This document shows, in pieces, positions 49,154 through 59,785 of a stretch of 64,000 nucleotides of DNA (positions are counted from its first letter, which is position 1; each line of letters begins with the position of its first letter). The stretch lies in contig OY762007.1 in NCBI GenBank assembly GCA_963665115.1, positions 5,248,001-5,312,000 of the forward strand, given 5' to 3'. This DNA is from an uncultured Rivularia sp. GTDB taxonomy: Bacteria; Cyanobacteriota; Cyanobacteriia; Cyanobacteriales; Nostocaceae. The notes beneath the pieces are model-generated. The model was not told the origin of the DNA. It ran no database searches and was given only the letters and a program-made list of their open reading frames with translations. A program made the position numbers and the translations under genes.

Positions 49154-50533
49154 TTAATTTAAATTTGAAACCTTCAATAAAGGATTCATCGATTTATTAA
49201 ATTCACCATCTTGAAAACTGGCTTCCCAATTCGCAGGTAAACGATGGGGATTTGGGTCTTCTGGAGTCGGTACCCGTAAAAATATATAATCGCAATTGAT
49301 CGGATATAACAGGGTTTGTGAAGTTATGTTCCAATCTTCTACATAGGCTCCCGTGAGATTAGCGCTTCTTAAATCCGCTTTGTCTAATTGCGATCGCACT
49401 AGTTTAGCTCTGGAAATATCGGCGTTTCGCAAATTAGTTTCATTTAAATTTGCTCCTACAAAGCTGGCATCTTTGAGGTTTCCTCCTTGCAAATTGATTC
49501 CTCGCAAGTTCCAACCGTCGAATATTTTGTTTTGTAAATCTTTGTTGACAACTAGCTCGCGCATATTAGCATTTTCTAAATAAGTTGTGCTTACTGCTGC
49601 TAAATGAACCTGTTTAATTTCAAACCAGTTGGTACGTTTGACTTTAGCTTTAGTGAAATTAGCGCTTTTGAGTTTGGCTTGGGTAAAATCGGCATCTGTT
49701 AAATCAGCATTGCAGAAATTGGTTCCATATTTAGTAGTTAGGGAAATCGCAATTTTACGGACAAAATTCTGCTTTTTATCTTCAGAGACAGCGCTACAGC
49801 CGATAAAAGCGGACACAATTACCAAGACTACTGATACGATACCAGCTACTATTCCCGCAACTGGGTTTACTCTCATCGCATACACTGCGACACCACCAGC
49901 GATTGTTCCCGCTATGATCACAGTTATCATAACCGCGAAAATCCCGGCGATCGCTCCGGTAATAGCTGCTGAAATGGTTACGCATACTGCTCCTACCGCA
50001 GTGACGATAACAGCTACCGTTCCCATCATTACCACCACCACTATTGGCGCAATTTCAGTAGCTTCCGAAGTGGCTGCTAATCCGCTCCAGACAACGGCTA
50101 CGAAGCCAGCCCATGTGACTGCTGCGACTATTGCTAAGGCGATCGCTACCGCTAAAAATACGCAAGCTGATAGCACACCCTTACGGATACTTAATAGAAA
50201 AAATATTGAGAGGACAATTAAACTTGCTACGCCGACATAAACATTGTCGCGGGCACTATCAATTAAAATAAATCCTACCAAAGAGCCACCAACAGCCGAC
50301 ATTAAACCCGATATTGCCGATAGCAGTAGCGAAAATATTATTAAAATAATTGCCCAACGGCGTTGCAAACCCGATTTGGTATGACTGAAGTTTGCATCTC
50401 TAAGAATCGCGTTAGTGAAGTCAGCACCGCGAATGTCAGAATTAGAAAAATCTACACCTGTTAAATCTTGTCCCTTGAATGATTTTCCTCTAAGTCTTGC
50501 ACGGCGGTATTCTTGAGCCATTTTCAGTTGCAC
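49154..50533 (-). CDS. Membrane pentapeptide-repeat protein
   Basis: A(D/N)LXX repeats at both ends flank a Gly/Ala/Val-rich multi-TM region. Confidence 0.88.
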   Translation of the reverse strand: MQLKMAQEYRRARLRGKSFKGQDLTGVDFSNSDIRGADFTNAILRDANFSHTKSGLQRRWAIILIIFSLLLSAISGLMSAVGGSLVGFILIDSARDNVYVGVASLIVLSIFFLLSIRKGVLSACVFLAVAIALAIVAAVTWAGFVAVVWSGLAATSEATEIAPIVVVVMMGTVAVIVTAVGAVCVTISAAITGAIAGIFAVMITVIIAGTIAGGVAVYAMRVNPVAGIVAGIVSVVLVIVSAFIGCSAVSEDKKQNFVRKIAISLTTKYGTNFCNADLTDADFTQAKLKSANFTKAKVKRTNWFEIKQVHLAAVSTTYLENANMRELVVNKDLQNKIFDGWNLRGINLQGGNLKDASFVGANLNETNLRNADISRAKLVRSQLDKADLRSANLTGAYVEDWNITSQTLLYPINCDYIFLRVPTPEDPNPHRLPANWEASFQDGEFNKSMNPLLKVSNLN

Positions 50534-50713
50534 GTCTAATACTAATAAGGACGTATTTTTAACTAAATTATGGATTATAAACTCATTCCCGTCTAAAGTC
50601 TAAAATAAAAGCCTTTGAGAAAGCTTGTTTTTCAGACTGCATAAACAAAGAGATATACTTGTTAAAGTTATTTGCTTAGAATCCAACTTATACCTACTTA
50701 TAGCTGCGGATTA

Positions 50714-51685
50714 TCACTCAACTGGCTTAGTTTCAATTTTTAAGCCAGGTAGCCCCTCAAGTTTCTCGGCAGGCTCTTCTAATGAGGTGACTGGCACGAA
50801 AATAGTTAAGCTAGAGGGAATGCATTCTATTTCAATGGGAGTCATGCCAATAATTTCTCCATCCATAACTACTTTCTGCGGTGGTGAGGTGCTAACTTGC
50901 AAACGCTTGGCTTGCAGATAGCCAATATCATCTCGTTTAGTCGCTTCGTCTCGAAACGCCGTTTGTAATAAATGGTAGGCTGATGCGATCGCCTCAATAC
51001 GGTTCGCGGGAGCAACAATTGTGATATCCAATAAGCCATCGTCAGCAATTATACCTGCTGGTCCTTGAGCCAAAATCGAGGTAGGCGGGGCAGCATTGGC
51101 GATTGTTAACGCAGCAGCAGTAACGGTAATCACTTGCTCGTCCGTTTCTATTTTTGCCTCGAACTCAGAGGAGCCTAACTCTCGCAGTTTTTCAAAACCA
51201 GAAAGAACGTAAGCTAACATCCCATAACGATTTTTGGCTTGTCTGTCTGCACTTTCAACCGCTTCGGCTTCAAAACCTACTCCAGCTAGTAGTATCATTG
51301 GCTTACCGTTACAGCGTGCCGAATCAACCACTCGTGTTTTCCCAGCTAAAATAGTTTGACAAGCCGCTTCGATTGTATCGGGAATTCCCAAAGCTGCGGC
51401 AAAAGCATTTGCCGTGCCTCGTGAAATAATGCCCAAAGGAATCTTTGTCTCTACTAAAGCTTCTGTTGCAGATGAAAGAGTACCGTCTCCTCCAGAAGCA
51501 ATAACGCTCTCAACACCATTAGCCACTGCTTGACGAGCTAATTCACCCGCATCAACTTCTTCGGTGGTGAACTGAATATCTAGCTTTATTTCTGGCTCTA
51601 GAAGCGAACGGATTTGCTTTAAATCTGCTTCTGAGTCCCCTTGACCGGACACTGGGTTAAAAATAAGACAAGCTGAACGAGTCAT
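50714..51685 (-). CDS. YegS/Rv2252/BmrU family lipid kinase (diacylglycerol kinase fold)
   Basis: IFNPVSG, SGGDGT, GTANAFA, DDGLLD and MDGE motifs. Confidence 0.92.
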   Translation of the reverse strand: MTRSACLIFNPVSGQGDSEADLKQIRSLLEPEIKLDIQFTTEEVDAGELARQAVANGVESVIASGGDGTLSSATEALVETKIPLGIISRGTANAFAAALGIPDTIEAACQTILAGKTRVVDSARCNGKPMILLAGVGFEAEAVESADRQAKNRYGMLAYVLSGFEKLRELGSSEFEAKIETDEQVITVTAAALTIANAAPPTSILAQGPAGIIADDGLLDITIVAPANRIEAIASAYHLLQTAFRDEATKRDDIGYLQAKRLQVSTSPPQKVVMDGEIIGMTPIEIECIPSSLTIFVPVTSLEEPAEKLEGLPGLKIETKPVE

Positions 51686-51846
51686 TAATTATGAATTCCT
51701 AAAACAGCGTATTTTTAGTTAGATTTTTAACTAGATAATAATTAAGCATTAAGACCTCGAATTGATCTAATATTTCTGAATCTTTGCTTAAGTTGAAAAG
51801 CCTAATCTACTCTAAGAATTAATTAGACATTATTAAACTCATTTAC

Positions 51847-53171
51847 CGAAAATAATGGGTCTAAAGCCCCGTCTTAGAAAGACGGCTTTTTATTTTCCAA
51901 CATTATACCGTTTGTGATAGTATAACGATGGAGGTGATACCATGCTAGTTTTTGAATTTAAAACATACGGAAAATCAAAGCAGTACTCAGCCATTAACGA
52001 AGCAATTCGTACAGCCCAATTCGTCCGAAACAGTTGCATCCGTTTATGGATAGACAATAAAGGAACGGGTAAAAACGATTTGCAGAAATATTGCGCTGTA
52101 CTTGCTAAACAATTTTCGTTTGCAAATGAACTTAATTCAATGGCTAGACAAGCTAGTGCAGAACGAGCATGGTCATCAATAAACCGTTTCTATGAAAACT
52201 GTAGAAAAGGTATAGCAGGGAAAAAAGGTTTCCCAAAGTTTCAAAAAGATTGCCGTTCTGTTGAATACAAAACTTCGGGATGGAAACTTGCTCCTGATCG
52301 TAAATCGATAACTTTCTCTGGCAAAAAAGGAATTGGAAGATTAAAGCTAAAAGGCACTCGCGACCTGCACTTTTATCAAATCAACCAGATAAAGCGGGTT
52401 CGATTAGTGAGGCGTGCTGATGGTGTTTACGTCCAATTCTGTGTTGATGTAAATCGTTCAGAAGATATTCAATCCACGGGAAAAACAGTTGGGTTAGACG
52501 TTGGACTAAAAGAATACTACACCGATTCAAATGGTGAAGTGATTAAAAATCCAATGTTTTTTCGTGCCGGAGAAAAAGTTCTCAAGCGCTCTCAACGTCG
52601 TGTTTCTAAGAAAGTAAAAGGTTCAAGTAACAGAACAAAAGCAAAACATATTTTAGATAAACGGCATCTCAAGATAAGTAGGCAACGTAAAGACCACGCT
52701 GTAAAATTAGCGCGGTGCGTAGTTCAGTCTAACGACTTGATAGCTTATGAAGATTTGAGAATAAAAAATATGGTGAAAAATCATTGTTTATCTAAATCAA
52801 TAAACGATGCGTCTTGGTATCAGTTTCGTTGCTCGATTGAATACTTCGGGAAAGTATTTAAGCGTGTAACGGTTGCGGTTAATCCGCAATATACTTCTCA
52901 AGAATGCTCTATCTGCGGCACAATTGTTAAAAAGACTTTATCAACTCGCACGCATATTTGTAGATGTGGCTGTGAGATGGATCGTGATGAAAATGCAGCT
53001 AGGAATATCCTTAATCGAGGATTGAGTACGGTAGGGCATACCGGAACTTTTGCGCTAGACGCAGAAAACGCTTGGGGAGATGAAACCTCTACTCATGTTG
53101 GTGAAAACCTGCATGAGCAAGTTATATCTTAGATCCAAGAATCCCCGTGCGTTCACGCCGGGGAGTGTCAA
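51847..53171 (+). mobile_element. IS200/IS605-family element, tnpB-only (IS1341-type)
   Basis: Left-end hairpin CCGTCT-TAGAA-AGACGG (51869-51885) after TTTAC. Right-end hairpin CCCCG...CGGGG, then TCAA (53168-53171). No tnpA. The left boundary is inferred. Confidence 0.8.
51942..53132 (+). CDS. tnpB: RNA-guided endonuclease TnpB
   Basis: RuvC GLDVG, YEDL, DRDENAA; zinc finger CSICG...CRCG; GGAGGTG RBS. Confidence 0.93.
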   Translation: MLVFEFKTYGKSKQYSAINEAIRTAQFVRNSCIRLWIDNKGTGKNDLQKYCAVLAKQFSFANELNSMARQASAERAWSSINRFYENCRKGIAGKKGFPKFQKDCRSVEYKTSGWKLAPDRKSITFSGKKGIGRLKLKGTRDLHFYQINQIKRVRLVRRADGVYVQFCVDVNRSEDIQSTGKTVGLDVGLKEYYTDSNGEVIKNPMFFRAGEKVLKRSQRRVSKKVKGSSNRTKAKHILDKRHLKISRQRKDHAVKLARCVVQSNDLIAYEDLRIKNMVKNHCLSKSINDASWYQFRCSIEYFGKVFKRVTVAVNPQYTSQECSICGTIVKKTLSTRTHICRCGCEMDRDENAARNILNRGLSTVGHTGTFALDAENAWGDETSTHVGENLHEQVIS

Positions 53172-53248
53172 TCTTCTATCTTAAGTATCAATCTATTGCA
53201 ATTAATGTGAACGCATCAATGAGTTTTTTTTTCGCAACGCCGCTTTGA

Positions 53249-53802
53249 TCTTCTAAAATATTACCTCGGAATTCTAGACCAGCAAACCCAAATTCGATTC
53301 AATCAAAACTACAGCAATACTTAGAACAAGAAGCAGAAGAAACTGCTAACGAACAAACAGAAGTGATAGTTATTCCTAACTCAAGCTGGTGTTTTTTGCG
53401 CTCGATGGATGGTTTGGATGGGATTGATTATTTACAAAAAATGTTATTATACAATCCTTCTCGATTTTGGATAATCGCGACGGGTGAAATTACTTGGGAG
53501 TATTTAAATTCAATCTCCGATATCGAAGCCGATTGCGGTGGAGTTTTTTGTTTACCAAAACTGCAATCTCTTTACTCGGTTCTGAAGTCTCACCAATCAA
53601 CCGTACTTTCATCGGTTGGTTTGGAATTCGCGGTGTTGGCTCTCTCTATTATTTAAACTATGCCGTAGGTAAAGAAATAGGAGGCTCGATCGCCGAACAA
53701 ATTACTTGGATAAGTATTATTACTGTTGTTTTTTCTATTATGCTACATGGAATCAGTTCTAGTCCTCTAATGATGTGGTACAAAAAACGCGGCTCTAATT
53801 GA
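53249..53802 (+). pseudogene. Chimeric remnant: internal fragment of a conserved protein joined to the 3' end of an NhaP-like cation:proton antiporter
   Basis: VIPNSSWCFLRSMDGLDGIDYL...FWII runs to about 53563, then IGWFGIRGVGSLYY...SIMLHG (CPA1 C-terminal motif) follows in another frame. Neither part has a native start. Confidence 0.65.
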
Positions 53803-53944
53803 GATTACTAAGATTACGATTTATTATCGCCTTTGAGAAAATTGTCAATTAGGTAAGAAACCCGCAATATTAACTAGAGACGTTATACATACGAGTATTT
53901 ACAATAAATTATTAAAATTTTCTACTTCCTTAGTAAGATAAAGC

Positions 53945-54838
53945 GTGTTTAAGTTCCTGACTAAGCTAGATTACCTACTCAAAGAAACGTTTTTAGGTTT
54001 GCATCGGGGTGGGTGGATGAATTGGGCTGCTGTAAGTACTGTTGCGGTGCTGCTGTTTTTATTTGGTATCAGTCTGCAAACTTCTTGGCAAGTTGAAAAA
54101 CTGCTGCATCAATTTGGTTCTCAATTAGAGGTATCGGTATATCTCGAACCCGCAGCACGTGGGAAAAGTATTGAAACCTCGATCGTGAATATGCCGGAAG
54201 TCGCAACAATCAAAACTATTACTAAAGAGGAAGCCTGGACGAAATTAGTTCAAGAAATGGGAATCTCTGATATTACAGGTGCTACCCAACAATTAGATGG
54301 AAATCCCTTGGTAGATGAGATTAAGGTAAAGGCAATAAATTCTCAAGTTGTACCGGATTTAGCCACTAAATTAGCTAAAATACCAGCCGTCGATACGGTA
54401 CAGTACGTTGATGAAGCAGTTAGACGCATTGCCCAAATACATAAAGGTTTAAATTGGGTGACGCTGACAATTACCGTAATTTTGACATTAACAGCAGTTG
54501 CCGTCACCAGCATCACGATTCGTCTGGTGTTAACCGCACGACGGCGAGAAATTGAAATTATGCAGTTAGTCGGTGCAACTTCAACTTGGATTTATCTACC
54601 TTTCATCCTGCAAGGAATCATATGCGGCATATTAGGTGGTGCAGTAGCTTGGAGTTTTATAAGTCTTGTTCAACAACTTTTGAACAAAATGCTAGCCAAT
54701 CAACCCGAATTTATTCAATTTCTTACCAACGGTTTACAGCTTACATCCTTACAAATCTTATTACTACCAATTATTCTCTTAAGCTTCGGTGCAACGGTAG
54801 GATTGATAGGGAGTTTGTTCGCGTTGCGACGAGCTTAG
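53945..54838 (+). CDS. ftsX: Cell division ABC permease FtsX
   Basis: TM1, extracytoplasmic loop with NPL, RRREIEIMQLVGAT..WI..PF, and three C-terminal TMs. Confidence 0.88.
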   Translation: MFKFLTKLDYLLKETFLGLHRGGWMNWAAVSTVAVLLFLFGISLQTSWQVEKLLHQFGSQLEVSVYLEPAARGKSIETSIVNMPEVATIKTITKEEAWTKLVQEMGISDITGATQQLDGNPLVDEIKVKAINSQVVPDLATKLAKIPAVDTVQYVDEAVRRIAQIHKGLNWVTLTITVILTLTAVAVTSITIRLVLTARRREIEIMQLVGATSTWIYLPFILQGIICGILGGAVAWSFISLVQQLLNKMLANQPEFIQFLTNGLQLTSLQILLLPIILLSFGATVGLIGSLFALRRA

Positions 54839-54840
54839 AA

Positions 54841-54998
54841 GAGTTAGGAGGGAGTAGGGAGTAGGGAGTAGTTAGGAATTAGGAGCTAGGAGTTAGGAAT
54901 GATTTAATTTTAAATTTTAAATTGTTGATTTTAAATTAAAATATTTTCTCCCCATCTCCCCCCTCTTCCAATCCCCAATGCCCAATCCCCAATGCCCA
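54841..54998. repeat. STRR arrays (GGAGTAG/GGAGTTA, CCCAATG/CCCAATC)
   Basis: Directly visible. Confidence 0.8.
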
Positions 54999-55005
54999 AA
55001 TACTT

Positions 55006-55801
55006 ATGACTTCACAATGGAATGCTTTACTTAAAAATCTTGGTGAGTGGGAAGGTTTCTTTTACCCGTTTATCTCCCCAAGGTGAATTGCTAGGAGATA
55101 CCAAGAGTCTTGTTTCTTTGGAAGGTTTGAATAATAATCAAACGATTCGTCAAACAATCCGTTTGGGAGACAATGAAAAAGTCTTGGAATACAGTTCCCT
55201 GGGAAAGGGAGTTTTATTCTTTGAAAATGGTGCTTTTTCTCAAGGCTCTATTCAGTTAGCGCCGTTTTCTGAGTTTGGCGCTGAGTTTGGTTTAATTCAT
55301 GGCGATCGCCGTTTACGTCTAGTACAGCTTTTTGATAAAAATCTCAAATTAGATTCGTTTACTTTAATTCGCGAACATCTTACTCCAACTCAATCTTCGC
55401 AAAATCCTGTTTTAACGGTTGATGCTTTGTTGGGTGAATGGATTGGTGAAGCTGTAACTATCTATCCCGATTTACAAAAGCCGGATAGTTATTCAACACA
55501 AATGCATTTAAAGCTTGATGATGAGAAATTAACTCAAAGTCTAAGTTTTGCAAATCGCACTATTACTTCTACTGCTACTGTCAAAGACTCTATTCTATTA
55601 TTTGAACAAAATCAGGTACAGGTTTTACTGCTTCCCGATGGTGCTTCTGTTACTTCTCCCCTTCAAGCTCAGTTGCGTCAACCTCTGTTTTTAGAAGTTG
55701 GTTGGTTAATTAACCCGAATCTTCGTCAGCGGATGATTCGCAGTTACAACGATAAGGGGGAATGGATTAGTTTAACTTTGGTTAAAGAAAGGAAAAATTG
55801 A
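55006..55801 (+). CDS. DUF3598 family protein, with an apparent +1 frameshift at 55056-55058
   Basis: MTSQWNALLKNLGEWEG joins SFTRLSPQG if one T is removed. FFENGAFSQGS and RQRMIRSY motifs. Confidence 0.8.
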
Positions 55802-56041
55802 AAATATAAATCAAAATAAAAAACAATTTACTGTTTTATTTTTTTTAAAGAATATTCTTTAAGTACTTCCAGAAAAGGGCGTTTTTTGGTATTATTATAT
55901 AATGGGAATATAAACAAAATTTTATTTATAGCCAATATTACCATTATAAAAACTGTATTTTATAATCATACCATTTTTTTCGCAGCTACAAATAAAAAAA
56001 TTTTTTTGTTCGTAGTAAGTAGTTTTAACCTTTTTAAGAAC

Positions 56042-56617
56042 TTAAATAAAAGAAGAGTTAGATTGCAAAGCTTTTTCTAATAAAATTTGATATTCTTCAT
56101 CGTCAATAGAGAAAGCACCAAAACGTTCTAAATGAGGATTCATCATTTGAGCGTCAAAAAAGACAAACTGACGACTACGTAATCTTTCTACCAATTTTAC
56201 CATAGCAACTTTCGAGCCTTCGGGAATGTGAAAAAACATTGATTCGCCAATAAAAGCACCACCAATAACAATTCCTAAAATGCCTCCAGCGAGTTCATCA
56301 CCTTGCCAAGTTTCAAAACTATAAGCCCAACCACTTCGATTGAGGGCATAATAAATATCTTTTAAATCCTCAGAAATCCAGGTAGAGTCCCTATCTGCAC
56401 ACCCATCAACAACCGCTGCAAAATCTCTATTAATTGCAGTAGAAAAACGTTCTTGATTGATAACTCTCCTTAAAGACTTGGGGAAACGAAATTTATCATC
56501 TAAAGGAATTAAAGTGCGATCGCGACTGCCATACCATCCCAAGTGATTATTTTCATCAGCCATGAGAAAATAGCCTTGGGAGTATCCTTGGATGATAGCA
56601 GCGACATCATATTGCAT
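56042..56617 (-). CDS. aat: Leucyl/phenylalanyl-tRNA--protein transferase
   Basis: [29 protein letters not shown] and DAQ...HLERFGA motifs. Confidence 0.92.
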   Translation of the reverse strand: MQYDVAAIIQGYSQGYFLMADENNHLGWYGSRDRTLIPLDDKFRFPKSLRRVINQERFSTAINRDFAAVVDGCADRDSTWISEDLKDIYYALNRSGWAYSFETWQGDELAGGILGIVIGGAFIGESMFFHIPEGSKVAMVKLVERLRSRQFVFFDAQMMNPHLERFGAFSIDDEEYQILLEKALQSNSSFI

Positions 56618-56661
56618 AGAATTTATTTTCAGTTAGCAATTAACAGTTAACAGTTAAGAAT

Positions 56662-56686
56662 GTAGTGGGAGCGTCTCGCTCCCTAC
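56662..56686. repeat. Short GTAG REP-like hairpin
   Basis: GTAGTGGGAGCGTCTCGCTCCCTAC, related to the right arm of the element at 1959. Confidence 0.6.
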
Positions 56687-56756
56687 AAGTTTCCCAATAC
56701 CCAATACCCAATTACTAATTACCAATACCCAACCTTTAAAAATTTAAATAAAAAAG

Positions 56757-57086
56757 ATGACTCAATCAATTCCACCAATAACTTTACCACCTGCGGAAAA
56801 TGCTCAACAAGAAGGAGAATGGTTACAGCAGCGCTTACATTCCTTTTTAGATGAAGAATTTATTCCAGAAAATATTAATCAAGATATAGCCGAACGTGCG
56901 GCGCAAATTTTTGTCCGACAGCGTATGGAAGGGGAAAATGATTTAGGAGAATTGGTACTTGCTATTGTTACTGAAATGCAAGCTTTTGACTTTTCCGAAA
57001 GCTTCTATGGAGAGTTTGCAATTGCTAACGCTGTCAGCGATCTGCTTTTGGAAAGTTTGGGAATTGATAAATGTTGCGGACAGTGA
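56757..57086 (+). CDS. Conserved hypothetical protein
   Basis: 109-aa acidic protein (LDEEFIPE, FYGEFAIAN) with normal protein-like composition. Confidence 0.8.
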   Translation: MTQSIPPITLPPAENAQQEGEWLQQRLHSFLDEEFIPENINQDIAERAAQIFVRQRMEGENDLGELVLAIVTEMQAFDFSESFYGEFAIANAVSDLLLESLGIDKCCGQ

Positions 57087-57370
57087 ATACAAGGATGGGA
57101 GTTAGGAGTTATGAGTTAGGAGTTTTTATTTAATCTGAATTAAATTCGAGGTAGAAACCTCTTAATTTTTGTTGTAAAAATCCCTTGGGTATCAAATAAA
57201 GCAATAATCACAAAAATAATGCTTAATATACCCTTGGTTTTTTACTCACATCAAACATGAGTTATTAATTAACTCCCAACTTTTAACTTCACTACATTAC
57301 TAATAGCTTAACTCTTAATTCATAACTCCTAACTCATAACTCATAACTCCTAACTCCTAACTTAATCAAA

Positions 57371-57673
57371 CTACCAACTAGACTTAACGACTCCAGGCAA
57401 TAATCCTTTGTGTGCCCAGTCGCGCAAAACGTTGCGGCATAGACCGAAGTCGCGGTAAACAGCGCGGGGACGACCTGTAGCCCAACAGCGATTCATACGG
57501 CGATTTGGAGCGCTATTGCGAGGCAAGCGCTGAATTTTGCGATGAATTTCTAGCTTTTCCATAGGATCTGCTGTTTGTCTAAACTCGTCTAACAAATCTT
57601 GACGCTTATCCCAATACTTATCTACCATCTTGGCGCGTTTTTTCTCGCGCTCTACCATAGCTTTTTTAGCCAT
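57371..57673 (-). CDS. rpsN: 30S ribosomal protein S14
   Basis: [10 protein letters not shown]...LPRNSAP...TGRPR...FGLCR...LPGVVKSSW (long form). Confidence 0.97.
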   Translation of the reverse strand: MAKKAMVEREKKRAKMVDKYWDKRQDLLDEFRQTADPMEKLEIHRKIQRLPRNSAPNRRMNRCWATGRPRAVYRDFGLCRNVLRDWAHKGLLPGVVKSSW

Positions 57674-57717
57674 AAAATTCCTAACTACCTAATTATTTTT
57701 GAACAGCATTCCCCATT

Positions 57718-58422
57718 CTACCGAACTGCACTACTTATGACATCAATATTTGCATTTCGAGGAGAAATTTTCGGTGCAGTCGGACATAAATCCGCTAACT
57801 CGCATTCTTGACAAGCCGGATTTCGGGCTTTACACACAGCACGACCGTGATAAATCAGCCGAATTGACCAATTTTCCCAGTCTGCTTGCGGTAATATTTT
57901 CATTAAATCCCTTTCAATCCGAATTGCGTCTTCATACTTTGTTAAACCCAATCTTTGACTCAGACGGCCGACATGAGTATCAACCGTCACGCCAACATTG
58001 ATTCCAAAACCATGAGCCATAACTACGTTTGCCGTCTTCCGGGCTACCCCCCGAAGCTGCAATAATTCTTCCATTGTTTGAGGGACTTTTCCGCCAAACT
58101 CTTTAACTATCATCTGACAAGCAGCTTTGATATTCTTGGCTTTATTCCGATAAAATCCTGTAGAACGTACCAAAGTTTCAAGTTCTTCAATCGGTGCATT
58201 ACCTAAACTTTCCGCATCAGGAAATTGCCCGAATAAAAACGGCGTTACTTTATTCACTCGTTCGTCAGTACATTGAGCGGAAAGAATCGTCGCCACAAGC
58301 AACTGTACCGGCGTTGAATAAGTTAAAGAACAAGTTGCATCCGGATACAAACGCTTGAGACGCACCAAAATTAAGTGCGCCCGCTGCTTTTTACTAGAAG
58401 ATTTTTTGCGGTTAGTACTCAC
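57718..58422 (-). CDS. nth: Endonuclease III
   Basis: LSAQCTD, HhH LRGVARKTAN, VDTHV and C-X6-C-X2-C-X5-C. The GTG start overlaps the rseP stop. Confidence 0.93.
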   Translation of the reverse strand: MSTNRKKSSSKKQRAHLILVRLKRLYPDATCSLTYSTPVQLLVATILSAQCTDERVNKVTPFLFGQFPDAESLGNAPIEELETLVRSTGFYRNKAKNIKAACQMIVKEFGGKVPQTMEELLQLRGVARKTANVVMAHGFGINVGVTVDTHVGRLSQRLGLTKYEDAIRIERDLMKILPQADWENWSIRLIYHGRAVCKARNPACQECELADLCPTAPKISPRNANIDVISSAVR

Positions 58423-59505
58423 CTGAATAATTTCTGCACCCATTCCAATTGGGAAGTTTCCTTAAATATTAGCAGAATCCCTATCCCTAAAAGAAGCACT
58501 AAACCTGTTTGCATTACTCCTTCTTGAATGCGGTTTGGTAAGGGCTTACCGCGCACGCCTTCAATTAACAAAAAAGCAAGTTGTCCGCCATCTAAAGCCG
58601 GTAAAGGCAATATATTAATGAAAGCTAAATTGATGCTAATTAATGCAGCAAAGAAGAACAAACTACCAGTATCGTTTTGAGCAATACTCGCACCAATCTT
58701 AACGATTTTAACAGGACCAGCCACTTGACCAGCTGTTTCACCAAAGTTTGTAACTAATTGTCCAAAACCTTGAACTGTCTGGTAAATAATATTTTGAAAC
58801 TGAGTTGCACCAACGCTAAACGCTTCTAAAATATTTTCGGTAGGACGACGTTCTACTTTACCGTTAGCAGATAAACCAACACCGATACTTCCACCACCAG
58901 ATTTAGCTTCGGGAACTACTGTTAAATTAAGATTTTGGTCGCCTCTCTTAATTGTTAACTCAATTGGTTCGCCAGGATGAGTTTTGATAATATTGCTTAA
59001 TTTCCGCGTATTTTCCACGGATGTATCAAATTCCTTACCATCGGCGGCAACAATAACATCTCCAGCCTTAATTCCAGCTTCTGTCGCTACCTGACTAACT
59101 TGTGGAGCAAGCTCTGGTATCAAGACTCCCGGTTGAGTTGCTTGAGGTATTCCTACAAAACCAACCTGGGACACCAATAGAAAATAAGCAAAAATTAAAT
59201 TTGCAATTACCCCAGCACTAATGACAATCGCCCTATCTAAAACCGGACGGTTACGCAGCAAATTCGGGTCATCTGGCTCAATCGTACTATCGGGGGTCAT
59301 CATCTGGAAACCCTACAAAACCACCCAACGGAAAAGCACGTACCGCATACTCAGTTTCAGATCCTTGATACTTCAAAAGTACTGGACCAAAACCCAGCGA
59401 AAAACGGTTAACATGAATACCTTGAGACCTTGCTGCAACAAAATGTCCCAACTCGTGGACAAAAATTAGTACAGCCAACACTGCGATCGCCGCTAAAACT
59501 GACAT
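58419..59505 (-). CDS. rseP: RIP metalloprotease RseP, with an apparent +1 frameshift at 59292-59296
   Basis: HELGH and PLGGFV are in the 5' ORF; PDZ and NILPLPALDGG in the 3' ORF. FPDDDPDSTIEPDDP is restored by deleting one C. Confidence 0.9.
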
Positions 59506-59552
59506 AGATAATTTGTGAATTTATTTAAACTATACATTTCTTTATTTTAGAT

Positions 59553-59782
59553 TGGGCATGGGGCATTGGGCATAGGGCATAGGGAATAGTTAGGAGTGAG
59601 GAATTAGGAGTTAGGGAGTAATAAGTAGCAAGTAGTGAGTAGCGAGTAAAGAATGATAATGGAGTGATGAAATAAAAGTTATTTCCGGAGTCCCCATTAC
59701 CCATCATCCCCTCACCTCTTCACCTCTTCATCTCCTTGTCTCCCCAATGCCCAATGCCCAATGCCCAATGCCCATTCCCCAT
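59553..59782. repeat. STRR arrays (GGGCATT/AGGAGTT/CCCAATG)
   Basis: Directly visible heptamer arrays. Confidence 0.8.
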
Positions 59783-59785
59783 TAC

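Noticed and set aside
49629..50240. 203-aa plus-strand ORF
   Set aside because: Antisense shadow of the Ala/Val/Gly-rich pentapeptide membrane gene.
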